From Eledone cirrhosa (taxonomy: Eukaryota), in assembly GCA_964016885.1 (NCBI GenBank), contig OZ024745.1, positions 123,132,001-123,196,000 of the forward strand: a stretch of 64,000 nt of DNA, written 5' to 3'. This document shows, piece by piece, positions 1 through 14,168 of this stretch. A program made the position numbers and the translations under genes. How positions within the stretch are numbered: position 1 is the stretch's first letter; each line of letters opens with the position of its first letter. Under the pieces are notes generated by a model. That model saw only the letters and a program-made list of their open reading frames with translations. It was not told the origin of the DNA and did no database searches.

Positions 1-15
1 AATAGAGTAAGAGAA

Positions 16-109
<94 letters not shown>

Positions 110-973
110 GTAAGAGCAAGATATAGAGGGAAAAAATTGACCCCAGTATTAAAACTGGTACTTTATTTATCAACTTGGAATGGATGAAAGGCAAAGTTGG
201 CCTGAGTGAGATTTGAACTGAGTGGAAAAGACCAGAGCAAATAGTGCAAAGCATTCTAACTCTACTACTTCTCCTCTTTAACTTTAATAGACTCCAAACC
301 TTTTAAGCAAAGGTATGCATATATTTCAAACATACATTGAATGAATATATATACACACTATACACACTATACGCACACAAGAGACATATACTGTCAAGAT
401 TAATTAGAATTATATTAAATATGATTTTTTTAAATATATCATAAAATCGTTTTTTTTTTTCTTTTTCTCTTTATGCATGACTTTTTAAAAAATATCTTTT
501 CTTTTTTAGAGTTTTCTTAATTCATTCTCAATTTAAATCTTAGAATGGTGATAATATTAAAAATGGTAATAATAATAATAATTGTTATAAATATATAAAT
601 AAATAAATAAATAAATAAATATTAAAAATTGGCAAATTCAAAGAAGAAGAAGAAGAAGAAGAAGAAGAAGAAGAAGAAGAAGAATTAAGAAATAAATGAG
701 ATTATTTACAGGTAAACGGAATAAGGAAAAGTATAGATTGTAAAAGGTAAGAATAAAAATAAAGATTTTGCTGAATTTCTTGGGGCAGAAATTTGGTAAA
801 TTGAAAGTAAGAGTACTAAGAGAGATTTTAAGAAGCATAGGGATTTAAAAAAAAAAAAAAAATTTTTTTAAAATAAAATATATGAATAAATGGAAAGAAA
901 GTGATAAAAGTAATTAGAGTAATAATAATAATAAAGGTGATAATAATAATAATAATAATAATGGTAATCACAC

Positions 974-1240
974 CTGTTTCTCATCCTTGGTTTTGTTGCT
1001 TGTAGTTACTACTGCTCGATCACAATAGCTCCCTTCCAACAGGGCCACTCCTGACGGCCGGCTTGCAGAATCATTCTCATAGTAAAACAGGAAATTCTGG
1101 TAAAGTATGAACCACCTGAGCTGCCACTTGCCTGTGTCAGAACTTTTCTTGTACAGGTAACCACACAGAGTGTTCTCCTGGCGAGCCTTTTGGGCCAAAT
1201 ATAAAATTTGGCTCTCATTGAAACGAATTGCTTTTTGCAT
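974..1240 (-). CDS. RasGRF: First coding exon of Ras-specific guanine nucleotide-releasing factor (RasGRF1/2-like), N-terminal PH domain; gene continues beyond the left edge of the window
   Basis: ATG at 1240 gives MQKAIRFNESQILYLAQKARQENTLCGYLYKKSSDTGKWQLRWFILYQNFLFYYENDSASRPSGVALLEGSYCDR...KDEKQ, matching the recalled vertebrate RASGRF1 N-terminus (MQKAIRLN...KWQTKWFALLQNLLFYFE...RPSGLYLLEG..CDR...EKQ). The exon ends at donor CAG|GTGTGA (phase 0, 89 codons). Confidence 0.93.
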
Positions 1241-1309
1241 TGTCGAATTTTTATATATGTTTGGTGGTTTTATTCCCCAAGACACGGGAGTTGTTAGTTG
1301 AAGTATATG

Positions 1310-1342
1310 CTGTAGTAGTAGTAGTAGTAGTAATAGTAGTAA

Positions 1343-1412
<70 letters not shown>

Positions 1413-2180
1413 TTTGGTGGTGGTGATGATGGTGGTGGTGGTGGTTTTGGGGGTTGGCAGTGGAGATGATGATGATGGTGGTGGTGGTAGTGGTGGTGGT
1501 GTTGGTTGTGGTGGTGGTAGTGTTGGTATTGGTGGTGGTGGTGAGGGCGGTGGTGGTATTAGTGGTGGCTAATGCTATAGTGGTGATGGAAAGTGTCGGT
1601 GATAAAGCTGGTGGTAGTGATGGTGTTGGTGTAAGTGGTGGTGGTGAAGTTGGCGTTGGAGGTGCTTGTTGGTGGTAGTTGCCGTCGTCGCCGCCACCGT
1701 CGTGTTAATTGCAGCAGTGGTATTGGTGATGATGGTGGTGGTGGTGGTGGCGGTGGCGGTAAATCTAAGTCTGAAGAAGCTGAACAACAACATTAACAAC
1801 AACAACAACAACAACAAATGGTCAATGACTTTTGTTCGACGGCAGCGACGACGGCGGTGGTGGTGGTGGTGGTGGTGATGGTGATGATGGCTATTGGACT
1901 GATAATGAACTTGATGATGATAAGTGACGATGATGGTGGTAGTAGTGAAAGTGGTGATTGATGGTGGTGGTGGTGGTGGTGGTGGTGGTGGTGGTGGTGG
2001 TGGTGATGATGATGATGATAGTTGAGGTTTTAGTAGTTGTGGCTATAGTTGTGGTTGTGGTTGTGGTACGAGACGGGGTTGGGGGTAGGTTACGTTGATT
2101 ATGACGATGACGATGACGATGATGATGATGATGATGATGATGGAGGCGGCGGCGGCGGTGGTGGTGGTGGTGGCGATGGC
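1310..2180. repeat. Compound trinucleotide microsatellite block (GTA/GGT/GAT/CAA/GGC)n immediately upstream of the RasGRF ATG
   Basis: Direct reading of sequence; explains the poly-V/poly-G pseudo-ORFs. Confidence 0.95.
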
Positions 2181-2249
2181 GGGGAAGTTGTTGCTGTTGT
2201 CGTACTTGTTTTTCGTTGATGCTACAGTTTCAGTGTTGCTGCTGCTGAT

Positions 2250-3060
2250 GTTTCAGTGACCACCAGAACTGAGCCTACCTCTACCTTCAACACTTCATTA
2301 CACCGTCTTTTACGTCGGGCTTTACTCTTTTTTTCCTTTCTGTTGTTTTTGTTTTTTGATATTTATCACCCCCTTTGCTGGCTTCTTTTTCTCACTCCGC
2401 TATCCCCTCATATTTCCACTCTCTCACTCACACTTCCACTCCGTCTCTCCCTCCCTCTCTCTATGTCACTCTTACTTACTCCCTCACCGTGTCGCCGTCA
2501 CTCGTTCGTTCGTTTGCTCCTCCCTCTCGTCCGCTGCGTGATTGACTGTGTCTTGTCTCTGTTTCGTTTCCCTCCCCTTCTTGCTCTCCCTCTCTCTCTC
2601 TTTTTCTCCCATTCTGTCTCTCTCTCTCTCTCTCTCTCTTGCGCTCTCTCACCCTCTCTCTCATTGTTAGTCTTAAACGTTGTTATACGTATGCGCGCGT
2701 CACCAGCCGTGGCAATAGCAGTCGAAGAATGTGCCAATGATATCGTTGGCTGTGCCAATAGTATCAATCCTCGTGCAAATAGAAGCAACATCTGTTGCAC
2801 CAGCAGTAGAGGCCGGGCTGATAGCAGTAATTTGAAGGCCTATACCTTCGATCTTTTTCTTTTCTTTTCTCTCTCTTTTTTTATCTTTCTCTTTCATACA
2901 AGTTTCAAAGGAGGGGAGGGGTATATCATTTCTAAACGAATCAAAGCAAGAGTGAGAATGCCAAAATAACAACAATTAAACAAACAAACAAACAGACATA
3001 ATTGATTGTTCATATTACTATTTACCAAACAAAACGTCAACGCAACATCCTTAACAAAAC
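2250..3060 (-). promoter_or_regulatory. Candidate RasGRF 5' leader/promoter segment
   Basis: Non-repetitive, relatively CpG-rich sequence with CT tracts 1-1.8 kb upstream of the ATG; no TSS evidence. Confidence 0.3.
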
Positions 3061-3590
3061 AAATAAATAATGAATTTCTGTCTGCAGAAAGATAAAATCT
3101 GAAATATTTAGATTTTAGAAAAATGAGAAGTTGTCATTTATGCTTTCTTTAAAAAAAAAAATAAAAATAAAAATAAAAAGACCGCTATAAAATGTAAGGA
3201 AAAAAAAAAAAAAATCAGTAAGAAAGAGAGTTGTGTCATTAGAATATTGAAACCAACCCCCAAAACCAACGGTGCGTCGAAAAACATAGAATCGCGAATA
3301 CAAAAACAGCGAAGAAAATTAATGATGATTATAACGAGACGACGACGATGATGATGGTGATGGTGATGGTGATGATTATGATGGTGGTGATCGAGATGGT
3401 GGTGGTGGTGATGATGATGGTGGTAGTGGTGGTGATGATGATTATGATGGTGGTGATGATGATGATGATACTCGTGATAATAATTGTTTCCTTTAAACTA
3501 ACATACAATATCAATAGCAGAAGAAGAAAAACAAAAAAAAAATACTTCAATCATATCAATGAATAAGCCAACACGTAAACACAAATAATA

Positions 3591-3777
3591 CAGTGAAATT
3601 CCGTTATAACGAAATTCCGTTTACGAAAAATAAAATTCGTTGTAACGAAAAATTCTTTATAACGAGATCGACCTAAAGAAATCGAGCGTTTGTTTGTTAT
3701 TACTTCGGGGATTGAAAAAATTTCGTTATACTGAAAAATTCGTTATAATGGTATTCGTTATAACGGAATTTTACCTG
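3591..3777. mobile_element. pogo/Tigger-like MITE
   Basis: TA|CAGTGAAATTCCGTTATAACGAA ... TTCGTTATAACGGAATTTTACCTG|TA: imperfect TIRs, TA flanks, internal CGTTATAACG motifs. Confidence 0.8.
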
Positions 3778-4279
3778 TAATAATAATAACAAATGATAGT
3801 TACAACATTAACAACAGGAATTAGATAAACAAATAAACACAATAATATAGAAACACATTAAAAAAACAACCTTAAAACAAAATTGGCAAACTTTATCTCA
3901 CTTTTGCCATCTTTTACCTGTTTCGTTTTGTTTAGTGTTGTTGTTGTTGTTGTTGTTGTTTTTCTCTCTTTCTCTCTCTTCGTCTGATTACAGGTGTTTG
4001 TACACCTGTAATCTTATTACGAGAATACGTGCGCGTGTGTGTGCGAATGTTCGAAGTGGATCGTTCTGTGAGCGCGTGTGTCTTCAATGTTATGAATGAA
4101 TAAAATTTGGTCTGGGATGAATGAAAATACGAGCATAGAGACGTTTAAAACTTATATGTAGATCATGTTTTTCATACATACACGCTCCTGTATCTCTGTG
4201 TATACATACACAATGTATATCGGATAATCGGATAATCGGATAGATATGTTCGCTAAAAAAAGTCTTATATTAATGTGCA

Positions 4280-5040
4280 ACACATACATACATGCATACA
4301 ATCGTACGTACATACATGCATACATTCAATCGTACGTATATACATACATTCAATCGTACGTATATACATACATGCATACAATCGTACGTGTATACATACA
4401 TACATTCAATCGTACGTATATACATACATACAAACATACATTCAATCGGATGTATATACATACATACAAACATACATTCAATCGGATGTATATACATACA
4501 TACATACATACATACATTCAATCGTACGTATATACATACATGCATTCAATCGTACGTATATACATACATGCATTCAATCGTACGTATATACATACATGCA
4601 TTCAATCGTACGTATATACATACATGCATTCAATCGTACGTATATACATACATGCATTCAATCGTACGTATATACATACATACATTCAATCGTACGTATA
4701 TACATACATACATTCAATCGTACGTATATACATACATGCATACAATCGTACGTACATACATACATACATTCAATCGTACGTATATACATACATACAAACA
4801 TACATTCAATCGGATGTATATATATACATACATACATTCAATCGTACGTATATACATACATGCATACAATCGTACGTACATACATAGATACATACATATA
4901 TACGTGCATACAATCGTACATACATACATACATATATATATATATACAATCGTACATACATACATACATACATACATACATACATACATACATACATACA
5001 TACATACATACATACATACATACATACATACATACATGCA
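4280..5040. repeat. ~28-bp minisatellite (CATTCAATCGTACGTATATACATACATG) grading into (CATA)n
   Basis: Direct tandem repetition. Confidence 0.95.
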
Positions 5041-6729
5041 TTCATACATTCATATATTCATGTGGGTGAGTTTGTGCGTATATTTGTCAGCATGCATGCA
5101 TATATATGTGTAAATGTTTACATATAAGTATGACCACAATCGTATTTCGACTGAATTATATGTATGCGTGTGTATGTATATTAATACATATATATTTACA
5201 TATATATGTATAAATATATGTATGCATATTATGGATTTTAAAATCTTGCCGAAGCTTACAGTGAGTGATTCTTAAAATTGTTTCTTCTTAAGGGAAATAG
5301 TTATGCCCGATATAATTTTCTTTTCTTTCTTTCATTTAAAAATAAAACTTTTTTTTTCTTTTCCTTCTTCGTCGTCTTTTTTTTTCTTCTTCTGCTTCAT
5401 ATTTCCTTCTTTCTTCATCTCTTTTCAATATTCTTGACATCTTCAACTCCAACATCTTCAGTTTTTCTTTCTTCTCTGTTTCCTCTTCCTTCTCCTTGGA
5501 CACTTTCAGGTGCATGGTTGGTAAAGATTAAAAGCCAAAGACTTCAGGTAGATAGAACATATTGTCATACATTCTCGACCATTCAAAACACGCTGCAAAT
5601 ACCGACTTCTCCACTCTTTCAGCGCACTTTATCTCCTCTCTTGACCACTATTAATGTTCTCTTTCTCACTCTCTCTCGCTCTCCTCATCTCTTTCTTCCT
5701 CCCTCCTTCCTTCGTAATTTCTATCTCTCTTCTGTTTACTTTTTCCATCGGCAGCTTTCTTTTTCGTTTTTCCCCCATATACTTTCTTTTACGTTTGTAT
5801 ATTTTTACACAAACTTTCTAAATTCCTCTCCTCGTCTCCCCTTCATCATACTGCCTTACAATCCTCTCTTACATCTACTCATCTGGATATGAATTTAATG
5901 AATTTTTCTCAAATACTAAAGACATTTTACTTAATAAAATCTGTTACTTTTTTTTTTCGTGTCTTTAACTTCATTTCTCCACCTCTTTTCATCTCTTACA
6001 CCCCCCTAACACACTATTCCCCTCCTTATACCCCGCCTTTTCACTCAACATCTCTCTCTCTCCCTCTCTCTCTCTCTGTACCTTTTACTCTTTCTCTCTA
6101 AACTTTACTCTCACATATGCATTCATTCTGTTGTAACTGCTCGACACTACGTGTTCCGCGCTTTCAATATAATTCATAGTTGTCACTTTGGCATTACCCG
6201 GCAATCTCATTCATAAAAGTTAGTAGTGTTTTCTTCTTCGTCGTTGTCATCGCCGTCATCTTATTTCTCTTGCTATTGTCTTTAGTAACAATATTCTATC
6301 TTTCTAGCTTCCCGTTACCGGTTGAATAAGTCACTACTATAAACGATTCCTATCGTTGCTATATGACTATAAAATGCAGCAGCCTTTCTTTTCTTCATTT
6401 CAATGTGCGTGGCGGAGAACCCGCTCCGTATAAGAAGGGTGGGTATAGGTTGTTATGATTTTGATTTTGCTAACGAGGACAACATCAACAGCGAAACGAC
6501 AGTTGAGAAAAAGACAGTGGGGGAGAGGAAGGGTGGTGAAAAGGCGTGCCATTGATGAGCTTGTGTCGAGATTATCAAAAATGAACACACCTCGCAGCTT
6601 GACTCCACATCGCATCTGCTTACTACTTGACGACAACGTATACTAGACAGTTTAACGACACCTACTAGATAGAGAGAGAGAGAGCTCTCTCATAGTCGTG
6701 CGCACACCGTTTCTTCCATTCATGCAGTC

Positions 6730-7596
6730 GTATGTATGTGTGTATGTATGTATGCGTGTACGTATGTGTATTTATGTATGTGCATGTACGTATGTATGCG
6801 TATGTATGTACGTATGTATGCATATATGTACGTACGTATGTATGTGTATGTATGTATGTCTATGTACGTACGTATGTATGTATATGTATATGTAAGTGTG
6901 TACGTACGTATGTGTATGTATGTATGTGTGTATATTTATGTATGTATATGTGTGTATGCATGCATGTATGTATATGTACGTACGTATGTATATATATGTA
7001 TGTATGATTGTGTATGCATGTATGTGTATATGTATCTAATTGTGTATGTATGTATATGTACGTATGTATGTATATATATGTATGTATGTATGTGTTGTAT
7101 GTGTGTATATTTATGTATGTATATGTGTGTATGCATGCATGCATGTATATGTGCGTACGTAAGTCTATATATGTATGTATGATTGTGTATGTATGTATGT
7201 ATGCATGCATCCATGCATGTATGTGTGTATGTATGTAAGTGTATGCATGTATATGTATCTGTATATATGTATGTATGAGTGTGTGTATATATGCATGCAT
7301 GTATAAACGTATGTATGTATATGTGTGTGTGTGTATGTGCTTACGTATATATGTATGTATTTGTGTATATGTCCTTAGGCATGCAGTTATGTGTGTATGT
7401 GCATAGGCCCTCATGCCTATTTATACGCATGCATATATATGCCTGTATATATATGAATGAATGTAAGTCCTCGTGCTTGCATATGTGTATGTATGATTGC
7501 ATGCGTATGTTGGCTTGAATATGCATATATATATACATATACATATTTATATATATACATGTATATACGTATATATATACATATATACATACAAAT

Positions 7597-7667
<71 letters not shown>

Positions 7668-8370
7668 TGATTGATTATGTTAGTATGTATGTTCTGATTA
7701 TATTATTTTACAATAAAGTACCAGTAATGCACTGGGTAATTGCTGGCCTTGTGCCTAAAGTAGAAACAATTATTTTACAATAAAGGTATATATGCATGTA
7801 TATATATATATATATATACATATATGTATGTATGCTTGTATTTATGTAGACATGTATGTATGTATGCATGTATGTATGCTTGTATTTATGTAGATATGTA
7901 TATTTGTCTGTATGTATGTATATGTGTCTGTATGTATGTATATATGTGTGTATGTATGTGTACGTAATTTCGACATGTATGCTTGTATTTATGTATATAT
8001 TTGTCTGTATGTATATATATGTGTCTGTATGTATGTATATATGTGTGTATGTATGTGTACGTAATTTCGACATGTATGCAATGACTTATTTTCATATTCC
8101 ATACACATTTACACAAATACACAAACACACAAACACACACACATGCACACACTCACTTTCTCTGCGTCTCTCTCTCTCTCTCTCCCACATGCATACACAG
8201 CAGTTACAAGAAGGTCATTCACCTTACTGAAGCAGGGTTTAGCCATATCAAGAAGGGGTGGGAAGATCCAAGACAGGTTTCAAACTCATAAGGGGTTCCT
8301 ATTTAAGGAAATATAAAAAAAAATGGGTACCCATCTTTGCTGTGTGCCATCACTCAGCGACACATGCACT

Positions 8371-8427
<57 letters not shown>

Positions 8428-8466
8428 GTATGCATGTATGCATGTATGCATGTATGCATGTATGTG

Positions 8467-8519
<53 letters not shown>

Positions 8520-8599
8520 CCAGTAGCATTCAAGATATATAGATATATATACATACACATACACATACATATCTACATATACATACATACATACATACA

Positions 8600-8631
<32 letters not shown>

Positions 8632-8665
8632 CAGATATATATATACAGATATATATATATATACA

Positions 8666-8729
<64 letters not shown>

Positions 8730-8809
8730 CATACATACATACATATATATACAGCTATATTGATATATATACATACATACATATACATACAGATATATAT
8801 ATATATACA

Positions 8810-8841
<32 letters not shown>

Positions 8842-8847
8842 CATACA

Positions 8848-8912
<65 letters not shown>

Positions 8913-9566
8913 ATATACATACATATATACATATATATATATATTAAATAGTTAAACAAGATTCAATGAGTCTGTCAAAGAATGAGTTTTACAGTAGATT
9001 GGAAGCACTCTACAGTTAAAAATAATTTTCCAGAGTTATTAATATTAAAATACAAATATTAATAAAATAGATATTCTTTTGATCAATTAAATTTTATTAT
9101 ACATATTTCGGAGGTACAACAGTACGTCCTCATCAGACAAAATATAATGATACATGACATAACCTGAGATGTTAAATGGTTAAGATTTAATCAAGGTAGT
9201 GATTAACCTAAGAGAAAACTCAACATGCGAAAACATAATAAATTAAACAGAGAATATGTGAGTAAGATATATATATATATATATATACAGATATATATAT
9301 ATATATATATATACATACATATATACATATGTACGTACATATATATATATACATACATATATATATATATACAGATATACATACATACTTACATATACAT
9401 ACATATACATACATATATACATATATACATACATATATATATATACATATATACATATACATATATACATATATATATATACATATATACATACATATAT
9501 ATATACATATATATACATACATCATCATCATCATCATCGTTTAACGTCTATCTTCCACGCTAGCAT

Positions 9567-9617
<51 letters not shown>

Positions 9618-9644
9618 CATATATACATACATACATATACATAT

Positions 9645-9677
<33 letters not shown>

Positions 9678-9768
9678 CATACATACATATACATATATAT
9701 ATATATACATATATATACATATATACATACATATACATACATATATACATACATATATATACATACAC

Positions 9769-9825
<57 letters not shown>

Positions 9826-9960
9826 TATATACATATATACATATATATACACATATATAATATATATATATACTTATATATATAACATATACATATACAT
9901 ACATACACACACATATACATATACATATATATACATATATATATACATATATGTAACATG
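6730..9960. repeat. Extended (TA)/(TATG)/(CA) microsatellite field with short SINE and RTE-tail fragments
   Basis: Direct reading; SINE-A 3' end at ~7710-7770 and RTE tail at ~9520-9572. Confidence 0.9.
9091..9143 (-). ncRNA. Minimal type-I hammerhead ribozyme motif (family A)
   Basis: Minus strand: auuuugu-CUGAUGA-GGAcGUAC uguu GUACcUCC-GAAA-uaugua-UA^auaaaau. Intact core, stems I and II, near-palindromic short stem III. Confidence 0.8.
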
Positions 9961-10130
9961 TAACTCAGTACAGCCTGTCACATGGTAGAGTCGTCAGCGA
10001 CTAAACCGGCAACCCCACCAAGTTTACTTGGTGAGGAGGGAGATTTTGGACACCCTGCAGGACAAAAAATAAAACCTGACAAAGGGCGGAAGAACTCATA
10101 AGAGTCAACGGCCATCCGAAAGTGTATAAA
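9960..10130 (+). mobile_element. Interspersed repeat, probable LINE 5' UTR fragment (second copy ~52965-53146)
   Basis: Shared CAGTAC..GCGACTAAA.C.GCAACCCC.CCAAG..GGACACCCT..CTGACAAAGGGCGGA..GAGTCAACGGCCATCC between the two loci; LINE assignment is inference. Confidence 0.5.
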
Positions 10131-10502
10131 TATGTATATACACATGTACCGCGCGGTTAAGCCGCTGGGAGTGAAGGACCCCTAGCCTTTGTCAGGGCAT
10201 TCTTCTAGAAGAAGGCATCTCAGGAAACTGGGATAACTCCGACATAAAACCTGCGGCTCAGTAGTTACCGATGATGTTGATCTTTTCTTCCTTTCGGGTT
10301 ATAGCTACTGTCACTCAGAGAGTGGGACTGGCTCAGTGCACAGTCTTTCCTCACTTTAAAAAAATTTTCATGCACAGGCATTGCACGATAGAATTAATTA
10401 ATAATTATTTAATAATGTTATATCATGCAATGGCCATACTCAATAATGAGGGGGCAGCCATCATATATATATATTTATGTAATAAAAAACATAAGATAAT
10501 TG

Positions 10503-10566
10503 TTTCATTTACCAGTGGTTTCCTGAAGTCAGATATTTATGTCTGTCTTCATTCATCAGAAAAATA
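10503..10566 (-). ncRNA. Degenerate hammerhead-like motif
   Basis: CUGAUGA-a UGAAG..CAGA..UCUG..CUUCA g-GAAA-CC acu GG-UA; base of stem II mismatched and stem I weak. Confidence 0.4.
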
Positions 10567-10780
10567 ATATGAAATATTTATTTAATATGGATTTGAAAAC
10601 ATAGTTTACAATAAATGAAAGTGAGGCTGAAATAATATAATGGGCAAAAAAAAAAATATATATATATAAGAAAAGGGACGTAAGGTTCTATCCAAAAGAG
10701 TGGTTATAGAGAAAAGGGTTTTCCAATTTCACCTTTTCTCTGTCTCTCTCTCTCTCTCCTATATATATATATATATGATA

Positions 10781-10970
10781 TAATTGTTTCTACTTTTGGC
10801 ACAAGGCCAGCAATTACCCAGTGCATTACTGGTACTTTATTTTATCGACCCCGTAAGGATGAAAGGCAAAATTAACCTCGGCGGGATTTGAACTCAGATC
10901 GTAAAGGGACGTAACTATGCTGGAAAGCATGGCGTCCGACCCTCTACCGATACTGCCAATCCACCGCCCT
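10781..10970 (-). mobile_element. tRNA-derived SINE family A (~190 bp)
   Basis: A-box TGGCAGTATCGG, B-box GAGTTCAAATCC, body GCCTTTCATCCTTACGGGGTCGATAAAATAAAGTACCAG (resembles Deu/Nin-type SINE domain, from recall), tail GCTGGCCTTGTGCCAAAAGTAGAAACAATTA. More than 15 copies or fragments in the window. Confidence 0.85.
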
Positions 10971-11028
10971 ATATATATGATATAATATATGATATATATA
11001 TATATATATATATATGATATAATATATG

Positions 11029-11059
<31 letters not shown>

Positions 11060-11067
11060 ATAATATA

Positions 11068-11118
<51 letters not shown>

Positions 11119-11151
11119 ATAATATATGATATATATATATATATATTTATA

Positions 11152-11229
<78 letters not shown>

Positions 11230-11354
11230 TATATAGGGAGAAATATGTATGCAGTAGATGTACAGGGAAATTAGACAGTAGAAGTTGCATTGATAGACAC
11301 ATTTTTCAGATGTAGGAGGGCGCTATAGAAATGGTGGATAGCTTTATTTCCCAT

Positions 11355-12275
11355 TACTCCAGTTTACTCAGCTGTAGAAATGAGATGATAGGACTGGGGT
11401 CCCTATCATTCCACTGTAAAGTGGTCATGGAGATGCCATGGCAAAAAAAAAGCACCCAGCCAACACTGTAAAGTGGACGTGTAGGCGCCACAGGAAAAAA
11501 GCACCCAGCCAACACTGTAAAGTGGACGTGTAGGCGCCACAGGAAAAAAGCACCCAGCCAACACTGTAAAGTGGACGTGTAGGCGCCACAGGAAAAAAGC
11601 ACCCAGCCAACACTGTAAAGTGGACGTGTAGGCGCCACAGGAAAAAAAGCACCCAGCCAACACTGTAAAGTGGACGTGTAGGCGCCACAGGAAAAAAAGC
11701 ACCCAGCCAACACTGTAAAGTGGACGTGTAGGCGCCACAGGAAAAAAGCACCCAGCCAACACTGTAAAGTGGACGTGTAGGCGCCACAGGAAAAAAGCAC
11801 CCAGCCAACACTGTAAAGTGGACGTGGAGGCGCCACAGGAAAAAAGCACCCAGCCAACACTGTAAAGTGGACGTGTAGGCGCCACAGGAAAAAAGCACCC
11901 AGCCAACACTGTAAAGTGGACGTGTAGGCGCCACAGGAAAAAAGCACCCAGCCAACACTGTAAAGTGGACGTGTAGGCGCCACAGGAAAAAAGCACCCAG
12001 CCAACACTGTAAAGTGGACGTGGAGGTGCCACAGGAAAAAAGCACCCAGCCAACACTGTAAAGTGGACGTGGAGGTGCCACAGGAAAAAAGCACCCAGCC
12101 AACACTGTAAAGTGGACGTGGAGGCGCCACAGGAAAAAAGCACCCAGCCAACACTGTAAATGAGGTTGGTGTTAGGAAGGGCATCCAGCTGTAGAAATCA
12201 AGCCAGAATCAGTTACCGTCCCACCCTTGCAAACAGGGAAAAGCAGACGTAAAATGATGATGATGATGATGATAT
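11355..12275 (+). mobile_element. 5'-truncated SINE family B carrying ~15 tandem 49-bp units
   Basis: Body CTCCAGTTTACTCAGCTGTAGAAATGAG, array GCACCCAGCCAACACTGTAAAGTGGACGTGTAGGCGCCACAGGAAAAAA, then GTTAGGAAGGGCATCCAGCTGTAGAAA and an (ATG)n tail. Confidence 0.85.
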
Positions 12276-12743
12276 CATCATCATCATCATTTTACGTCCG
12301 CTTTTCCCTATATATATATATATAGTAAGCAGGAATGAAGTATCAATTTAGCATCATATACATATATTCACTTGTGACACACATTTCCCAATCAACCAGC
12401 TAAAGATATGATTGATGATGATTGGGCCCTGACTCTGGTATCAGTGGCTTAACAGCCTTGGGATGAGCTATTGATTCAAACGGCCTGATTGTGACTGATC
12501 ATATCTTGAGCTGATCAACTAAAAACACACATCACAAGTGAATATAATATATATATATAATACTAAATTGATACTTCATTCCTGCTTACTAACTATTGAC
12601 ACTTTGCATGTTATGGATGCCAAAGCTGATGACGACACAAACGTTGAATCCTACATTGATAACTTGATCTACATAATAGCATTGAGTGCTCAAACTGGTG
12701 AACCATCAGTAACTCAATGTTACACACCAAACAACATACATAT

Positions 12744-12779
<36 letters not shown>

Positions 12780-12866
12780 GTAAAAGGTAAACAGAAATAA
12801 CAACACAATCGGTACAGTATATGGAAGGAATATATTAGGTTAACGCTTGATATAGCAGGAAGAGGG

Positions 12867-12902
12867 TCTTAACATTTCAGACGCTAGTCCTTCATCAGAA
12901 GA
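12867..12902 (-). ncRNA. Minimal hammerhead motif (family B) inside a dispersed ~150-bp repeat (12780-12925)
   Basis: ucuu-CUGAUGA-a-GGAC uagc GUCU-GAAA-ug-UU^aaga. Confidence 0.65.
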
Positions 12903-13367
12903 AAGAATGAGAAATAAAATAGAGGGCTCGATAATGATAATATATATATATCAAAATAGTTTCAGAAGATCCCGTTAAGGGTGAAAGCAACGATTCTGTG
13001 CTGAAACTTTAATCTGTTATTTTAATATATATATAAATACGAAGACACAAAGCAGGCTTTGTTTAGAAAGGGCTAGGGGATTTGAAAATTAGGTAGTAAC
13101 ATGTACTTACGCTGTATTTGACTAAATAGAATTAGTCTGTTAATTAGGATTTTAAAAAACCCTCTGAATGGGAAAAAGGATGAATATTGACGTTCATGGG
13201 ACACAAACCTACATCTTTGGTTTGCCGGACCAATGTGTTACCATTGTAACACTCTGCTCCCATGTATGTCAATACTCATCCTTTTTTCTATTCGGGGAGA
13301 TTTTTAAAATCCCAACAAACAGACTAATTCTTTTTAGTCAAATACAGCCTAAGCACATGTTACTACC

Positions 13368-13407
<40 letters not shown>

Positions 13408-14105
13408 CATCATCATCATCATCATCATCATTTTACGTCCGCTTTTCCCTGCTTGTATATATATATATACAGTTTGTGCATGGAATTTTTTCCATTGCTC
13501 ATAATTTTGAATTTGACTGCCATAAACCGGGGTTACCTCCCTTTGCAGTAAGTGCTATCACACTTGGTTTTGGGTTAGAACGAAAGCCTGTTGAGAAAGT
13601 AAATCCTCTGTTCGACCTTCCAGAAACCTAACTTGTATACACCACAAGAGGATTTTGTTGATTTCGGATTTACAGAAACCTCACTTAGATATTCAATAAT
13701 TTCTAAGACACGGTCCAGGTATGTTATATATACAGATATGTGCATATGCGTATGTACATGCATATATGTATACGTATATATATATATATATGTGTATGCA
13801 TGTATGTGTGTGTTTATCTATGTGTGTGTGTGTGTGTATTTCGTTTTCTCACTAGTCAGTTCTTTCGTTGCTACAGATCACGCAGCTGAATTAGCGGTCG
13901 CTATTTTCAATTTGCAAAGCCCTTTAAACTGTATGTTATTACTCTGAGGTCTATACCTTATTGAGTGCTTGGCTGCACTGCTGAAGGCATTCGTTGGCTT
14001 GGCTGCTGCTCGAACTTCGAATATGCTGTACTTTCATTTGTATACATACATATATATATATATACGATATTAATAAATGGAAACTATATTTATAAAACCA
14101 TATTT

Positions 14106-14168
14106 ATTTCATTATACATATTTCAGGGATACCAAATTAAAATATGGTATGCCTTCATCAGATAAAAT
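14106..14168 (-). ncRNA. Minimal type-I hammerhead motif (family A)
   Basis: auuuuau-CUGAUGA-AGGcAUACCA..UGGUAUcCCU-GAAA-uaugua-UA^augaaau. Confidence 0.78.

Noticed and set aside
1241-1285. ORF-track N-terminal extension MSWGIKPP..
   Set aside because: Starts at a GTG; homology begins at the ATG at 1240.
2256-2975. 237-aa and 91-100 aa ORFs upstream of RasGRF
   Set aside because: Low-complexity CT-tract translations with no recognisable domain.
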